Sequence record: NC_031126.1
Length of the DNA stretch: 64,000 nucleotides
Reading direction: 5' to 3' (one strand)
Each line of letters starts with the position of its first letter. Position 1 is the stretch's first letter. Positions 34,830-44,472 of the stretch are shown here, in pieces. The position numbers and the translations under genes are program-made. The notes beneath the pieces are model-generated. The model made no database searches, was not told where the DNA came from, and worked only from the letters and a program-made list of their open reading frames with translations.

Positions 34830-36530
34830 ATGTACGAGATACACATCACGCATACCTCAATGGGGGTGCGTGTGGAGGTGCCAGTCCGACAAATTGAGAT
34901 AGCTCTCAAGACTTGGGCTGAGCAGAACCTTCACGCTCCCAAAATGGGGAAAGACCACGGTAGAATAACCGTGGAGCAGGGTGATGGATATTACGCGTAC
35001 TTGCCTGGTACGAGAACATTCATCTTCCACAAGACGTTCCTGGAACAGATTCTGTCTGTTATCAAGAACACCGTTGTATCGCACCGCTTAGACGTCAAGC
35101 TTATTGAACACGACGTCACCAAGAACCGCAAGCAACCCTACGGTTGTGCGTTTCCCAACCACGGGTTCGACTTAGTGGTCACCGATCCCGATTCTCGCTT
35201 CTATTACCAAAACGACGTAGTGGAAGCTGCACTTGACCCTTTATGGGCACAGGTGATATTTGCCATCCAAACCGGCCGTGGTAAGACGAAGTCTCTCCAG
35301 AAGGTCATGGTAAAGATGGGAGTACGAACGGCGCTTATAATGCGTCCTACGTACAAGGACAAATGGATCTTCGACTGTTGTGATGATCCGACCGGCTTGC
35401 TGGTCGAAAAAGAACATGTTCTTATCTGTCAAGGGGTGCAGTCGATATACGATGCCTACGAGATGGGCCAGAACGGCGAGTTAGACGCGAAGGATATCCG
35501 CATCATTATTATCCCAACCGTCACGCTACAATTGTTCCTCAAAGAGTACATGAACACCTCGGCGACTAACGCCATTAACCTTGACGACTTCTACGACACC
35601 TTGGGTGTCGGCCTTGTGGGGTATGACGAAGTGCATGAACACTTCCTCCTGGTTTACCTCAGTGGAGTCATGTTGAACCCGCCGAAGACTGTGGAGATGT
35701 CAGCCACGCTTGAACCGGGTGCAGCGAAGGTGTTTATCCGCGAACGCTATAAGGAACGCTTCCCAATCATTAACCGATTGAGTATTCCCTATATCCCCGT
35801 CGTGGATGTGCGTGGTTTGTACTACACCATCGAAGACAAGAAGTTAGCATGGTGGGCGACGAAGATGACGCCTTACAACCATAAAGTCTTCGAAGGGAAA
35901 TTGATGCGGGAAGGCTATCATATTTCGTACTGCGAAATGTGGTATAACCTGATGGAGAAGACCTATCTGGCGAACTACGAGCCTGGTCAGAAGATTATCA
36001 TTCTGTTCGCTACTGTGGACATGTGTGAATTCTACACCAACTACGTTCGTGAGAAGCTGTCAACTCATCCGGTGTTCTGCGATTTGATGGTGGCGAAGTA
36101 TAACGGTGGCGATTCGTATGACGATTTCATCATGGCAGAGATTGGGGTATCTACCCCGAACAAAGCCGGGACGGCAATCGACAAACCGGGCACTGTCCAC
36201 ATGTACGTGACCACACCAATTGATGACCAGCAGCTCAACGAGCAGATTGCCGGTCGTCCACGTCCTGTTATCTGGGACATGAACCCGAAAGTGTGGTTCG
36301 GTCATTGCATGAACATCCCGAAACATGGCTCTTATCTGAACTCCCGCATGAACTCTTTAAAAGGGAAAGTGCTGTCGTTCATGGTAGCAACCTCACCGTA
36401 TGTTGTAAGGAAAAGTTATGATAACGCCTCCACTTCCAGCAGAACCCGAAGCCCCTTACGTCGGCTTGAGTTTACAAAAGTTTCTCGAAAACGTTCTAAG
36501 GGCGTATCCAGGGGTAGAAGACGTCGCTAA
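34830..36530 (+). CDS. superfamily 2 helicase (phiKZ gp75-like)
   Basis: Walker A IQTGRGKT, Walker B YDEVH, motif III MSAT, motif VI QIAGRPR. Confidence 0.88.
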   Translation: MYEIHITHTSMGVRVEVPVRQIEIALKTWAEQNLHAPKMGKDHGRITVEQGDGYYAYLPGTRTFIFHKTFLEQILSVIKNTVVSHRLDVKLIEHDVTKNRKQPYGCAFPNHGFDLVVTDPDSRFYYQNDVVEAALDPLWAQVIFAIQTGRGKTKSLQKVMVKMGVRTALIMRPTYKDKWIFDCCDDPTGLLVEKEHVLICQGVQSIYDAYEMGQNGELDAKDIRIIIIPTVTLQLFLKEYMNTSATNAINLDDFYDTLGVGLVGYDEVHEHFLLVYLSGVMLNPPKTVEMSATLEPGAAKVFIRERYKERFPIINRLSIPYIPVVDVRGLYYTIEDKKLAWWATKMTPYNHKVFEGKLMREGYHISYCEMWYNLMEKTYLANYEPGQKIIILFATVDMCEFYTNYVREKLSTHPVFCDLMVAKYNGGDSYDDFIMAEIGVSTPNKAGTAIDKPGTVHMYVTTPIDDQQLNEQIAGRPRPVIWDMNPKVWFGHCMNIPKHGSYLNSRMNSLKGKVLSFMVATSPYVVRKSYDNASTSSRTRSPLRRLEFTKVSRKRSKGVSRGRRRR

Positions 36531-36801
36531 GGCACTGTGTCAGGACCCGAAAATCAATCGGGCCTTTCACTATTACATGGTGACTGAACACTATGCTGGA
36601 ATGTTTATCGAACAACGCGGGTTACGCTACCATGTAACCCGCACGTCGAATATACGCGGTACCGCCGCGTACGAACTGTACACCTACACTCTCTGGACGG
36701 ACAACCCAGCCGGGAGTGTAGACCAAAACCCGAAAATGGCCTATGCTCTCTTCTCTGAGAAATGGCATGATTGGGTGACTGTTCCACATAACGTATCTTA
36801 A
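36418..36801 (+). CDS. hypothetical protein (127 aa)
   Basis: AAGGA SD before ATG 36418; overlaps the helicase 3' end by 113 nt. Confidence 0.6.
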   Translation: MITPPLPAEPEAPYVGLSLQKFLENVLRAYPGVEDVAKALCQDPKINRAFHYYMVTEHYAGMFIEQRGLRYHVTRTSNIRGTAAYELYTYTLWTDNPAGSVDQNPKMAYALFSEKWHDWVTVPHNVS

Positions 36802-36856
36802 AACAGCAGTTGGATATAATGTGTGAAACCACCCTGTATTTATAAAGGAAAATCCC

Positions 36857-37465
36857 ATGTCACGTCGTAAGAAACCCGCTGGTTACAATCCTAAGCAAGC
36901 TGCTCGTGATGGCATCACCCGCAACATGCGCGATATCAACAACGTGGAACAAATCTTCCGCGGTGAATCGTTAATCCTGTCTGACCGACTGGATACCGAA
37001 GGCAAAGCTCTGGAGTTGATTGAGTCCGCTGAGCTGCGCGATTACCTGACCGGGCACTTCAACCGTACGAAGAGTGGCTTCGTCGGTTTGATGGCGGAGT
37101 TCATCCAAAAACTCGCTGCTATTCGTACTCCAGCCGACGCCCTTGCGTGTGACTGGATGACTAAACTCTCGACGAATAAATGGGATGTCGTTAAAGACGC
37201 CTATGCCCTGGCCGATCTGGAACTGACTGCTGCATCGGCAGACGCTATCTTCCTGGGCCAGGAATCAACCGCTGCTGCTATCGAGTTGTTCTCTCAATAC
37301 GCTTCCCGCACCAGTGCCATGCACCGGGCAATGCGTATGGGCCTGACTATCCCTCAGGTTATTGAGTTCATGGAAGCAGTGGATGAAAACACTGCACCTG
37401 CTGCCGTTGAAAGCGTAGCAGAAGAAGCCGTAGCTGAGACTAAAGAGGAAGCTGCAAATGTCTGA
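36857..37465 (+). CDS. hypothetical protein (202 aa)
   Basis: AAGGA SD; basic N-terminus, acidic C-terminus. Confidence 0.8.
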   Translation: MSRRKKPAGYNPKQAARDGITRNMRDINNVEQIFRGESLILSDRLDTEGKALELIESAELRDYLTGHFNRTKSGFVGLMAEFIQKLAAIRTPADALACDWMTKLSTNKWDVVKDAYALADLELTAASADAIFLGQESTAAAIELFSQYASRTSAMHRAMRMGLTIPQVIEFMEAVDENTAPAAVESVAEEAVAETKEEAANV

Positions 37466-39437
37466 ACAGTTTGATGCCCGCCCAGGAATGGTGCGACGCG
37501 ATGTTCCGGAGGCTGTGGATACGAAACCCACCTTCCAACCATTGGCTGAAGAGATGATGGCATCCCTGTCAAAAGGGGATGCTATCATGCAGATGCTCCA
37601 CCTCAATCCCACTTTTTCTTTTGCCGAGGCAAGCGGCGTTTACGATGACTGGGCTGCCAAACAGCAGGCACCGGTTGTTGAGCCGAAGAAAGAAGAAGTG
37701 CAGGTTGCTGCACCGACGCCAGCGGCGGTTGCACCGGTAACACAACCCATTGCTGAACCGGTCACCCCTGTGGCTCCGGTACAAGCTCCCGTGAAGCAAG
37801 AGATTCCGGAAACTATCCGTACTCTGCATACCCACGCCGAGCCGGTACAGGCCGCCACCACTACTGCGCCGGTAGCGCCTATTGCACCTGCGCCACTGCC
37901 GGAGTCTAACGATGCTGCCCAACCCATCGTCGCTGAGTCAATCCCTCACAAGGTTGATTTCGGGTCTCAGCCTAATCGCGAAGAAATTGGCGAGATGGGT
38001 AAAGAAGATCCACATCGCATTTACACACAGACCGATGAACTGGTCGGTACCTTCTTGCCGTTGGCCGCAGAAGAAGACGCCGCACGTTTCTTCTCTTCAA
38101 TCCGCCGTAACGCCAAAGGCCAACCGATGTTCGCCTCCGAAGCCGAAGCGAACAAGTATCAGGTTCTCTCCACGGTTCTGGAGCTTACACCACCAGTAAA
38201 CGCGAACGGTCGTGCTGTCTTTGACACTGCTCTGGAACGTAGCGATACGTCTTGGACGCAGGGGATGACTCTCCCGACCGGTAAAATGGCTGGCCCTGCG
38301 CAAGACCGTGGTGCTGATGCCAAGGGTGCCCGCGCTGCCTTGCGCCGTCGTCGTCAGTCAGGCTCACCGATTTCTCTGTGGTTGCCGTCTACCGGTATTT
38401 ACGTAGGGTTCCGTGCACCACTCGAACGCGAGATGTGTGACTTCGACATTCGACTGGCTACCGAAACTGCAACGCTCGGTATGCAGACCTATGGCCTGCT
38501 GCTGTCGTCTATGTCTGGCGTGTACCTGCGTCACATGGTAGAACATTCGCTGAATTTTGCGATTGAGACCACCTATGACTGCCAGGGTAATGACATCAAG
38601 ACCGCACTGATCGATATCGTTGACCTCGATGATTACTGGTTGTTGATTCTTGGCCCGATTATGGCTAAGTTCCCAACTGGGATTCCGTGGAAGTTGGTGT
38701 GTGCGAAAGACGACTGCGGTCATGAGCGTGACGTTAAGTTGAACCTGGCGCGTTGTATCCGTATGGCCGATGGATTGTTCACCGACCTGCATCGTGCAAT
38801 GAACCAACGTCAACGTGGTAAGACGAACCAGATTATCGGTCCGGACGATTACCTGGCGTATCGCAAAGAGCTGCCGCATAACCCGGCCAGCGTGTTCAAA
38901 AACCCAGAAGCGGGTCTCACCATCAACTTCGGTCGTTCTACTGTCGGGGAATACCTCGATAGCACCGATCGTTGGTTGGAAGAGATTAACCGTGCTGCCA
39001 CCGATGCGTTGTCTTCCAACGCCAGCGACTACGAACGCACCAACTACATCAAGTTGACTGCGGAAGTGCGTCGTCTGACCCGTCATGCCCACCACGTTAA
39101 GTCCATTATCGTGGAAGAAGAAGTGAAGGGTGAAATCGTCGAGACTGAGGAAACGGACCCACTGAAAATCGTGGAGATTCTGGAAGACATGTCCTCTGAC
39201 CGTGTATACGTTCTGGCGTTTGAAAATGCGCTGGCACGTTACAACGATCTGTCTCGTATGGCGGTGCTCGGCTACATGGGTCACGCTTGCCCTGCTTGCC
39301 AGACGAAAGAAGGCGAAGAAGACGGTCCGTTCCGTGGTATTGTTACCATTTCACCGGACAGGGTTTTTTTCGCGCTATCTCGTGTGGTGTCCGAGATACA
39401 GAAAGTCTTTTTACAACAGTTCGGAAATATTGGCTAG
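37458..39437 (+). CDS. T4 gp26-like baseplate-hub / tail-assembly chaperone protein with Pro/Ala-rich linker
   Basis: DYWLLILG...WKLVCAKDDCGHERDVKLNL and C-terminal CPACQ...DRVFF match the recalled gp26-type pattern; PAVA-rich N-region. Confidence 0.7.
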   Translation: MSEQFDARPGMVRRDVPEAVDTKPTFQPLAEEMMASLSKGDAIMQMLHLNPTFSFAEASGVYDDWAAKQQAPVVEPKKEEVQVAAPTPAAVAPVTQPIAEPVTPVAPVQAPVKQEIPETIRTLHTHAEPVQAATTTAPVAPIAPAPLPESNDAAQPIVAESIPHKVDFGSQPNREEIGEMGKEDPHRIYTQTDELVGTFLPLAAEEDAARFFSSIRRNAKGQPMFASEAEANKYQVLSTVLELTPPVNANGRAVFDTALERSDTSWTQGMTLPTGKMAGPAQDRGADAKGARAALRRRRQSGSPISLWLPSTGIYVGFRAPLEREMCDFDIRLATETATLGMQTYGLLLSSMSGVYLRHMVEHSLNFAIETTYDCQGNDIKTALIDIVDLDDYWLLILGPIMAKFPTGIPWKLVCAKDDCGHERDVKLNLARCIRMADGLFTDLHRAMNQRQRGKTNQIIGPDDYLAYRKELPHNPASVFKNPEAGLTINFGRSTVGEYLDSTDRWLEEINRAATDALSSNASDYERTNYIKLTAEVRRLTRHAHHVKSIIVEEEVKGEIVETEETDPLKIVEILEDMSSDRVYVLAFENALARYNDLSRMAVLGYMGHACPACQTKEGEEDGPFRGIVTISPDRVFFALSRVVSEIQKVFLQQFGNIG

Positions 39438-39844
39438 ATGCCGATGATATTCCTTCCGGCGCTATCATTAATGCACTGAAGCTCGACACCTCCTCGCTGT
39501 TCAAACAGCGCAGTAGCCGACCCATCACGTATCAGGAGGCGCACGACGAATTACTCTCCACCTACGACGACGTTATGGGGATGGACACTGGTGAGAACAA
39601 CATCAGTTTGTCCGACTTCGAAAACCCATTGATGGGTTCGTTGTACGAGGTGTGGATGACGACGTATGTGCGTGAACGTATCGGGGATATATTCCAACTC
39701 AGCTTTGATGAGTTCCTCGACCGTCCTCGATGGGAGATTATGAAGTTGCTGGAAGTGGCAAAGCGCCGCTTGGCGGAGCTGAACCGCGTGCAGGGGAATA
39801 TCGTTTCCGACGATTTGGAAAAGCAGTTAAAGTTAAACCTGTAA
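39365..39844 (+). CDS. -1-frame ORF, gp51 / tail-chaperone GT-like; probable frameshift extension of 37458-39437
   Basis: Open from 39287, with no ATG/GTG/TTG between 39287 and 39575. C-terminal IGDIFQLSFDEFLDRPRWEIMKLL motif. Slippery T TTT TTC at 39365-71. Confidence 0.7.
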   Translation, partial: FFRAISCGVRDTESLFTTVRKYWLDADDIPSGAIINALKLDTSSLFKQRSSRPITYQEAHDELLSTYDDVMGMDTGENNISLSDFENPLMGSLYEVWMTTYVRERIGDIFQLSFDEFLDRPRWEIMKLLEVAKRRLAELNRVQGNIVSDDLEKQLKLNL

Positions 39845-39876
39845 AAGAAGGGGCTTCGGCCCCTTTCTTTTTTTTT
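39845..39876 (+). terminator. intrinsic terminator
   Basis: AAGGGGC-TTCG-GCCCCTT plus long T-run. Confidence 0.85.
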
Positions 39877-39910
39877 GTGTTGATATGACACCCGCCTTAG
39901 GAACGGAACA

Positions 39911-40765
39911 ATGGAAAACTTGTATGACGATTACGCTGACGTATTAGGAAAGGTTCGTCAGGAAGTACGCTTAGCACCAATCCTCGACTTGGTGAGCCTG
40001 GGAATCGATTACGGCTACGACACGACACTCGCGGACATTTATTACCAGCCGCTTCCCGAGCCGAACGATGAATGTATTCGCCTGGAAGGTATCATTGTCA
40101 AAGTGGCAGTGGCCTTAGGGCAACGACTGGGGATTGGCTTTAATCCCCAGGAAGTCTTTAAGAAACCCAAGGAGACCGTACGCGTTCTCCACGGCCTTCT
40201 GGAGAGCTTTGACGAGTTCGAAGACAAAGATGCCTTGTACGGCATTATGTGCTCTGGTGAGCCCGCACAGTTCATTCTGGAGAACATGGCACGCCATGTC
40301 TACGGAGATAACGAACTTCACTTCGAAGATTTGATTGTGGTGGTCGAGCCACGACTACTGAACGCCTTACGTAATATCTTTGCCGCCCAGTCTGCGGAAG
40401 ATGCAGAAGAAGGCGATAACGATCCACGTATGGAGCGAATCATTCCTTATCTGCGACAATACCCAGCCAACCCGTCGGCCTTCGTGTTCATGAACTTACC
40501 GACTGTGGTCGATTTGAACGCGGTGGTGCAATCGTTGGATTTCAGTGAAGAGAATGGCATCTCTGAGATTGATTTGCTGGTCATGTACGCTGTGGGGCTT
40601 TCTATTATTGGCGCTGCGGACTATCAAACCGCATACGGTCAGCTGGAAGAAAACTTAGCGCTGATTAATAACGAGGACTTGCCAGAAGGGCCTATCCTGA
40701 AAGATGCAATGGAAGGTCTGAAAGCGGTCTATGCTGAGGAGCTAGAGAATCATGACGAAGATTGA
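39911..40765 (+). CDS. acidic conserved protein, probably virion-associated (284 aa)
   Basis: AGGAA SD; GATATG late-promoter-like site at 39882; precedes the vRNAP beta' fragment. Confidence 0.75.
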   Translation: MENLYDDYADVLGKVRQEVRLAPILDLVSLGIDYGYDTTLADIYYQPLPEPNDECIRLEGIIVKVAVALGQRLGIGFNPQEVFKKPKETVRVLHGLLESFDEFEDKDALYGIMCSGEPAQFILENMARHVYGDNELHFEDLIVVVEPRLLNALRNIFAAQSAEDAEEGDNDPRMERIIPYLRQYPANPSAFVFMNLPTVVDLNAVVQSLDFSEENGISEIDLLVMYAVGLSIIGAADYQTAYGQLEENLALINNEDLPEGPILKDAMEGLKAVYAEELENHDED

Positions 40766-42056
40766 ATACCTGTATGCTGCCTGTAAGTCCGGGGCCTGGA
40801 AGCGCCTGGTATGGCGGATGGGTATCTTCAACGTCTGTGTCTTCCCAGAGGACAGTGAAGGGCCAGTGCAGTATGACCTGACGTTTATCGACGGGATGCC
40901 GCATTATTGGGAATCAGCAGACGATGATAGTCCCGGCGAATGGATTGCCATCAGCGATGGGAAGAAGGATGAAGAGTTGTTCTTCCCTGAAACAGTATTG
41001 CCATTACCGAAGACGGAGTATCCGGGGTTAGAGGAAGACATCACTACTACGGTAGGGCGTTACGTTCTAAACTGGATTACTATTTATTACGCGTTCGGTA
41101 CTCGCTTACCGTACCTTCGGGAAAAAGACCCGATGTCCTACGCTAAGGTAATGTACGAACGTTGTCTGGATAATGAAGAAGACAATCCCGAGGATGAAGA
41201 CGCCATTCGTCCGAGTATGGTAGCGCGCTTTGTAAACGGCCTCAGCGAGCTGGCACCCATGGCTAAGGCAATCTCCCCAACTGGGACGTTGCGTTCGTTC
41301 ACGGTGCATCCAGACGCGTATAAGTTGCGTGATGCGTTACTGCTCAAGCATAAAGACGAACTGGACAACCCGGCGGTCATTGCGATGATTGAAAAAGCAT
41401 TGGACGAACTGGATACCGAATGGTTATCGGGTGACCAGTCCATTCAGTTCTACGCCTCGAAGAAAGCGCGTATGCGTCGTCGTAAGCTGATGTTGTTCTA
41501 CGGAATCGAGTCTTCATTCCACGAAGGGACAGACTACACCTTAATCCCAACTGCATTAGTAGAAGTGGATAAGGCGGGGATGGAAAACCTGGTGGCGAAA
41601 TACAACTCGATTCGTGAAGGTTCGTACTCTCGCGGTGCGGAAACAGCGAAGGGCGGGGAGCAGGTACGTATCATCCAGATGATTTTTCAGAACCACCGAA
41701 TCGTCGAAGGGGATTGTGGCACCAAGATTACCCATGCTGTGTTGGTGACTGACGCTAACGCCGGTCGCTACATCGGTATGAATGCCATGGTGGACGGTAA
41801 ACCGAAGATGATTACCACCGACTGGATTAACACCCAGAAGGGTAAAATCATTCGACTACGCCGACCCATCTTATGTCAGCTGAAGCATATCGACTGTTGT
41901 GCGACTTGTGCTTCGCAAGATAAAGCGAAAGAACCCCGCGCAATCGCCGCAGATATCTCCACCGCGTTCTCGAACGTCATGGGTGTGGCGATGGCGAAGA
42001 TGCACGGCTCTGAAAACATTGTGCGGGAATTCAAACCGCTACAACACATTACCTAA
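40752..42056 (+). CDS. virion RNA polymerase beta' middle subunit (phiKZ gp80-like)
   Basis: REGSYSRGAETAKGGEQVR bridge helix, EGDCGT, LRRPILCQ...CCATC Zn motif. Confidence 0.87.
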   Translation: MTKIEYLYAACKSGAWKRLVWRMGIFNVCVFPEDSEGPVQYDLTFIDGMPHYWESADDDSPGEWIAISDGKKDEELFFPETVLPLPKTEYPGLEEDITTTVGRYVLNWITIYYAFGTRLPYLREKDPMSYAKVMYERCLDNEEDNPEDEDAIRPSMVARFVNGLSELAPMAKAISPTGTLRSFTVHPDAYKLRDALLLKHKDELDNPAVIAMIEKALDELDTEWLSGDQSIQFYASKKARMRRRKLMLFYGIESSFHEGTDYTLIPTALVEVDKAGMENLVAKYNSIREGSYSRGAETAKGGEQVRIIQMIFQNHRIVEGDCGTKITHAVLVTDANAGRYIGMNAMVDGKPKMITTDWINTQKGKIIRLRRPILCQLKHIDCCATCASQDKAKEPRAIAADISTAFSNVMGVAMAKMHGSENIVREFKPLQHIT

Positions 42057-42066
42057 GGAATATCCC

Positions 42067-42576
42067 ATGAGCGAAGTCGTAAAAGACGAACAGACCCAGG
42101 CAGTCCGTCCGGTTGCCACCGTCCGCGCTACTGCGCCGGAATATGGCCAGGAAGACCAGGCTAAAGTAAAACTCATCACTGAGATGCTGGATGAAGCCGG
42201 TTCGGCTGTTGGTCGTAACAAGAAAACGAAAGCTGAGCTGGAAGTGGCTGCGTATAGCAAGCTGCACTCGGCTTTCCGTAATCTGTTCACTCTGCGTGGC
42301 CAGCCGTTCCTCGATGCCTTTGCGGTCTTCGTGGCTGCGGCCACCAAACACAAAGCGGGTATCTTTTATACCCCGCTGGCAACTGCGCACATTGATAATT
42401 TCAATGACCGCAATGAACGTGAAACCTTCATGATCTTTATCCACATGGTTATCCGTTTCGCCAGCACCACCGATAAGGCTAACTTTGCATCACGCAATAA
42501 CGCCGATCGTCTGGCCAGTCGTGTGGCTGACCCAGAGCTGCAACAGCTGATTCGTCACGCTTTCCTGGCAGCGTAA
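42067..42576 (+). CDS. hypothetical protein (169 aa)
   Basis: AAGGA SD before ATG 42067. Confidence 0.8.
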   Translation: MSEVVKDEQTQAVRPVATVRATAPEYGQEDQAKVKLITEMLDEAGSAVGRNKKTKAELEVAAYSKLHSAFRNLFTLRGQPFLDAFAVFVAAATKHKAGIFYTPLATAHIDNFNDRNERETFMIFIHMVIRFASTTDKANFASRNNADRLASRVADPELQQLIRHAFLAA

Positions 42577-42627
42577 AATAAATAAGAGTACCTCACTACC
42601 CATTTGGGTAGTGAGGTTTTCTCTTTT
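42576..42627. terminator. bidirectional terminator
   Basis: ACCTCACTACCC-ATTT-GGGTAGTGAGGT with A-rich and T-rich flanks, between convergent genes. Confidence 0.8.
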
Positions 42628-44404
42628 AAAATCCTGAAACGTACTCAGTAGGTGGTTCTTCGTTGGCAACACGTTTGTTGAATGCATCCAACACTTCGTC
42701 TTTGCCTGGCAACAAGAACAGACTGCACGCGATATCCATCGCATTCACTTTACCTGCCGTCAGGTTAACGCCCGCCGCACGACGTACGTGCTCTGGAACA
42801 CCTGTGATAGCCAGCAGTTCAATGATGGTGGTCTCACGAGACTGGTTCATCATGTTTGTTGCAGACGGGTATGCCTGTGTTAAGTCGGCATCTGCCGCTT
42901 GTCCACGGAATGCTGAGTAGAAGGTTGGCAGCTCTTTCAGAACATCCAGCCCGTTCTCCGCATTCATGCATGCCGTCAAGGTTACAATCCAACCATCTGT
43001 ACCGATTACTTCATCGTCGAAGTCGTTACGCATCGCCGACCCTACAGAACCAATGACCAAATCTTGGGCATACAGGTAGTAGGTAAAGGCCACGCATATT
43101 CGTTTCGGTAACGACGGGAAGATATCGTACATCGAGTAACCCGCAAGAATCGATATTGCCGAAGACATATCGTTTGTCTTCTTATCCAGCAACACAATCA
43201 TCAGGTTATCGAAAATGTTATAGACGCAATACTCTAACGCATAATCCCGTTGTGCTTTCAAGTGCCATTCGAGTTTCTCCTCATACGGCAGCCCTGGAAT
43301 ATCGAGTTTGTTTAAACCTATCTCGCTATCCAGAATGGCGTTGAGTTTATACGACGGACGCTGTCCCTCATGCACACGAAGTGAACGGAACAGTACCATC
43401 GCATCCACACAATAGAAGGACGCCATGCAATACAAAACGTGCCACTGTTGAGACGGTGCTTTGGTCAGTGACTTGGACTCCGTTTTCTTCGACGCCTGGT
43501 CTTTCTTGAACCACACACGACGATACTTCTCTGGCACTGACGGGTGACAGAACACATCTTCAGGACGAATACCTGCACGGTCTAATGCTTCCATCATACG
43601 TGAGATATCGAACTCGTGGTTCCATGCAGCCATCAGGTCAGGCAGACGTTCGTGAATCTCTTCGAACATACGTTGCACACACAGACCAGAGTTGAGACAT
43701 TCGTAAGTGAAGATTTTGTACCCTTCAATCACGTTTTTCTCTTTGACTTCTACCTGGTCGGTTAACTTGTTCTTTTCACGGAACTGAATCTTCGAGAGCA
43801 TCTCTTTCGCTTTCACGATTAAACGCTCTTCCCAATTCTTGCCCATGCGCATGGCGTAGTCTTTGGTGCAGAAGAAATGAATCTCGTCGTCGAGAACAAA
43901 GGACATTAACCATGGGTCACGGCTCTTATCTTCTTCACGGGTTTCCACGTCATACACACAGATGCGGTTCGGTGTAACCTTGTCTTTCCAGCGAGCCATG
44001 TACTTCTGTTTGATGTACGTGGTAACCGGTAAGTCCGCCCAATAAACGAACGGAGAAGTACAAATCTGGCGCAGCTTCTTACGTGGGTCGGGGAAAGACG
44101 CACCCAAGCCCATTTGAATTGCGTTCCCCATGTTAGCGTCGGTTGTCCAAATCTCCTGGCAGTTACCTTTCTTTTCGTACTCTTTCTTTTCCTTGTGATT
44201 ACGAAATTCTTTACGGGTAATGTACACCGGACGACGTACGTTCTCACGGCCAATTAACCGTGGAATAAAGCGCCCATCCTTAGTATGGATGACCTCTTTG
44301 ACGAGGACAAAATCGTTTTCCTTATCATCATCGGTCGCGTAGGCAACGTGTTTGCACTCCTTGGCAATGACGTCCTCGGGTGCGTAATATAGATTGCTTT
44401 CCAT
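42626..44404 (-). CDS. family B DNA polymerase, 3'-5' exonuclease plus motif A subunit (phiKZ gp82-like)
   Basis: ExoI YDVETRE, ExoII WNHEFDI, ExoIII YCVYNIFD, and PolB motif A DADLTQAYPS. Likely ATG 44404. Confidence 0.87.
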   Translation of the reverse strand: MESNLYYAPEDVIAKECKHVAYATDDDKENDFVLVKEVIHTKDGRFIPRLIGRENVRRPVYITRKEFRNHKEKKEYEKKGNCQEIWTTDANMGNAIQMGLGASFPDPRKKLRQICTSPFVYWADLPVTTYIKQKYMARWKDKVTPNRICVYDVETREEDKSRDPWLMSFVLDDEIHFFCTKDYAMRMGKNWEERLIVKAKEMLSKIQFREKNKLTDQVEVKEKNVIEGYKIFTYECLNSGLCVQRMFEEIHERLPDLMAAWNHEFDISRMMEALDRAGIRPEDVFCHPSVPEKYRRVWFKKDQASKKTESKSLTKAPSQQWHVLYCMASFYCVDAMVLFRSLRVHEGQRPSYKLNAILDSEIGLNKLDIPGLPYEEKLEWHLKAQRDYALEYCVYNIFDNLMIVLLDKKTNDMSSAISILAGYSMYDIFPSLPKRICVAFTYYLYAQDLVIGSVGSAMRNDFDDEVIGTDGWIVTLTACMNAENGLDVLKELPTFYSAFRGQAADADLTQAYPSATNMMNQSRETTIIELLAITGVPEHVRRAAGVNLTAGKVNAMDIACSLFLLPGKDEVLDAFNKRVANEEPPTEYVSGF

Positions 44405-44472
44405 CGGTTCTCTCTCATCGATCCAGCCTATAAGGATTGGTGGTGACGTAAAAATCTTAAAGGACACCGGAA

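Noticed and set aside
37640-37930. Pro/Ala/Val/Thr repeats in the gp26-like protein as a repeat element
   Set aside because: Low-complexity protein linker without exact DNA tandem repeats.
39404-39412. Second T-run (GTC TTT TTA) as an alternative slip site
   Set aside because: Heptamer C TTT TTA is imperfect and has no adjacent hairpin; the 39365 site is canonical.
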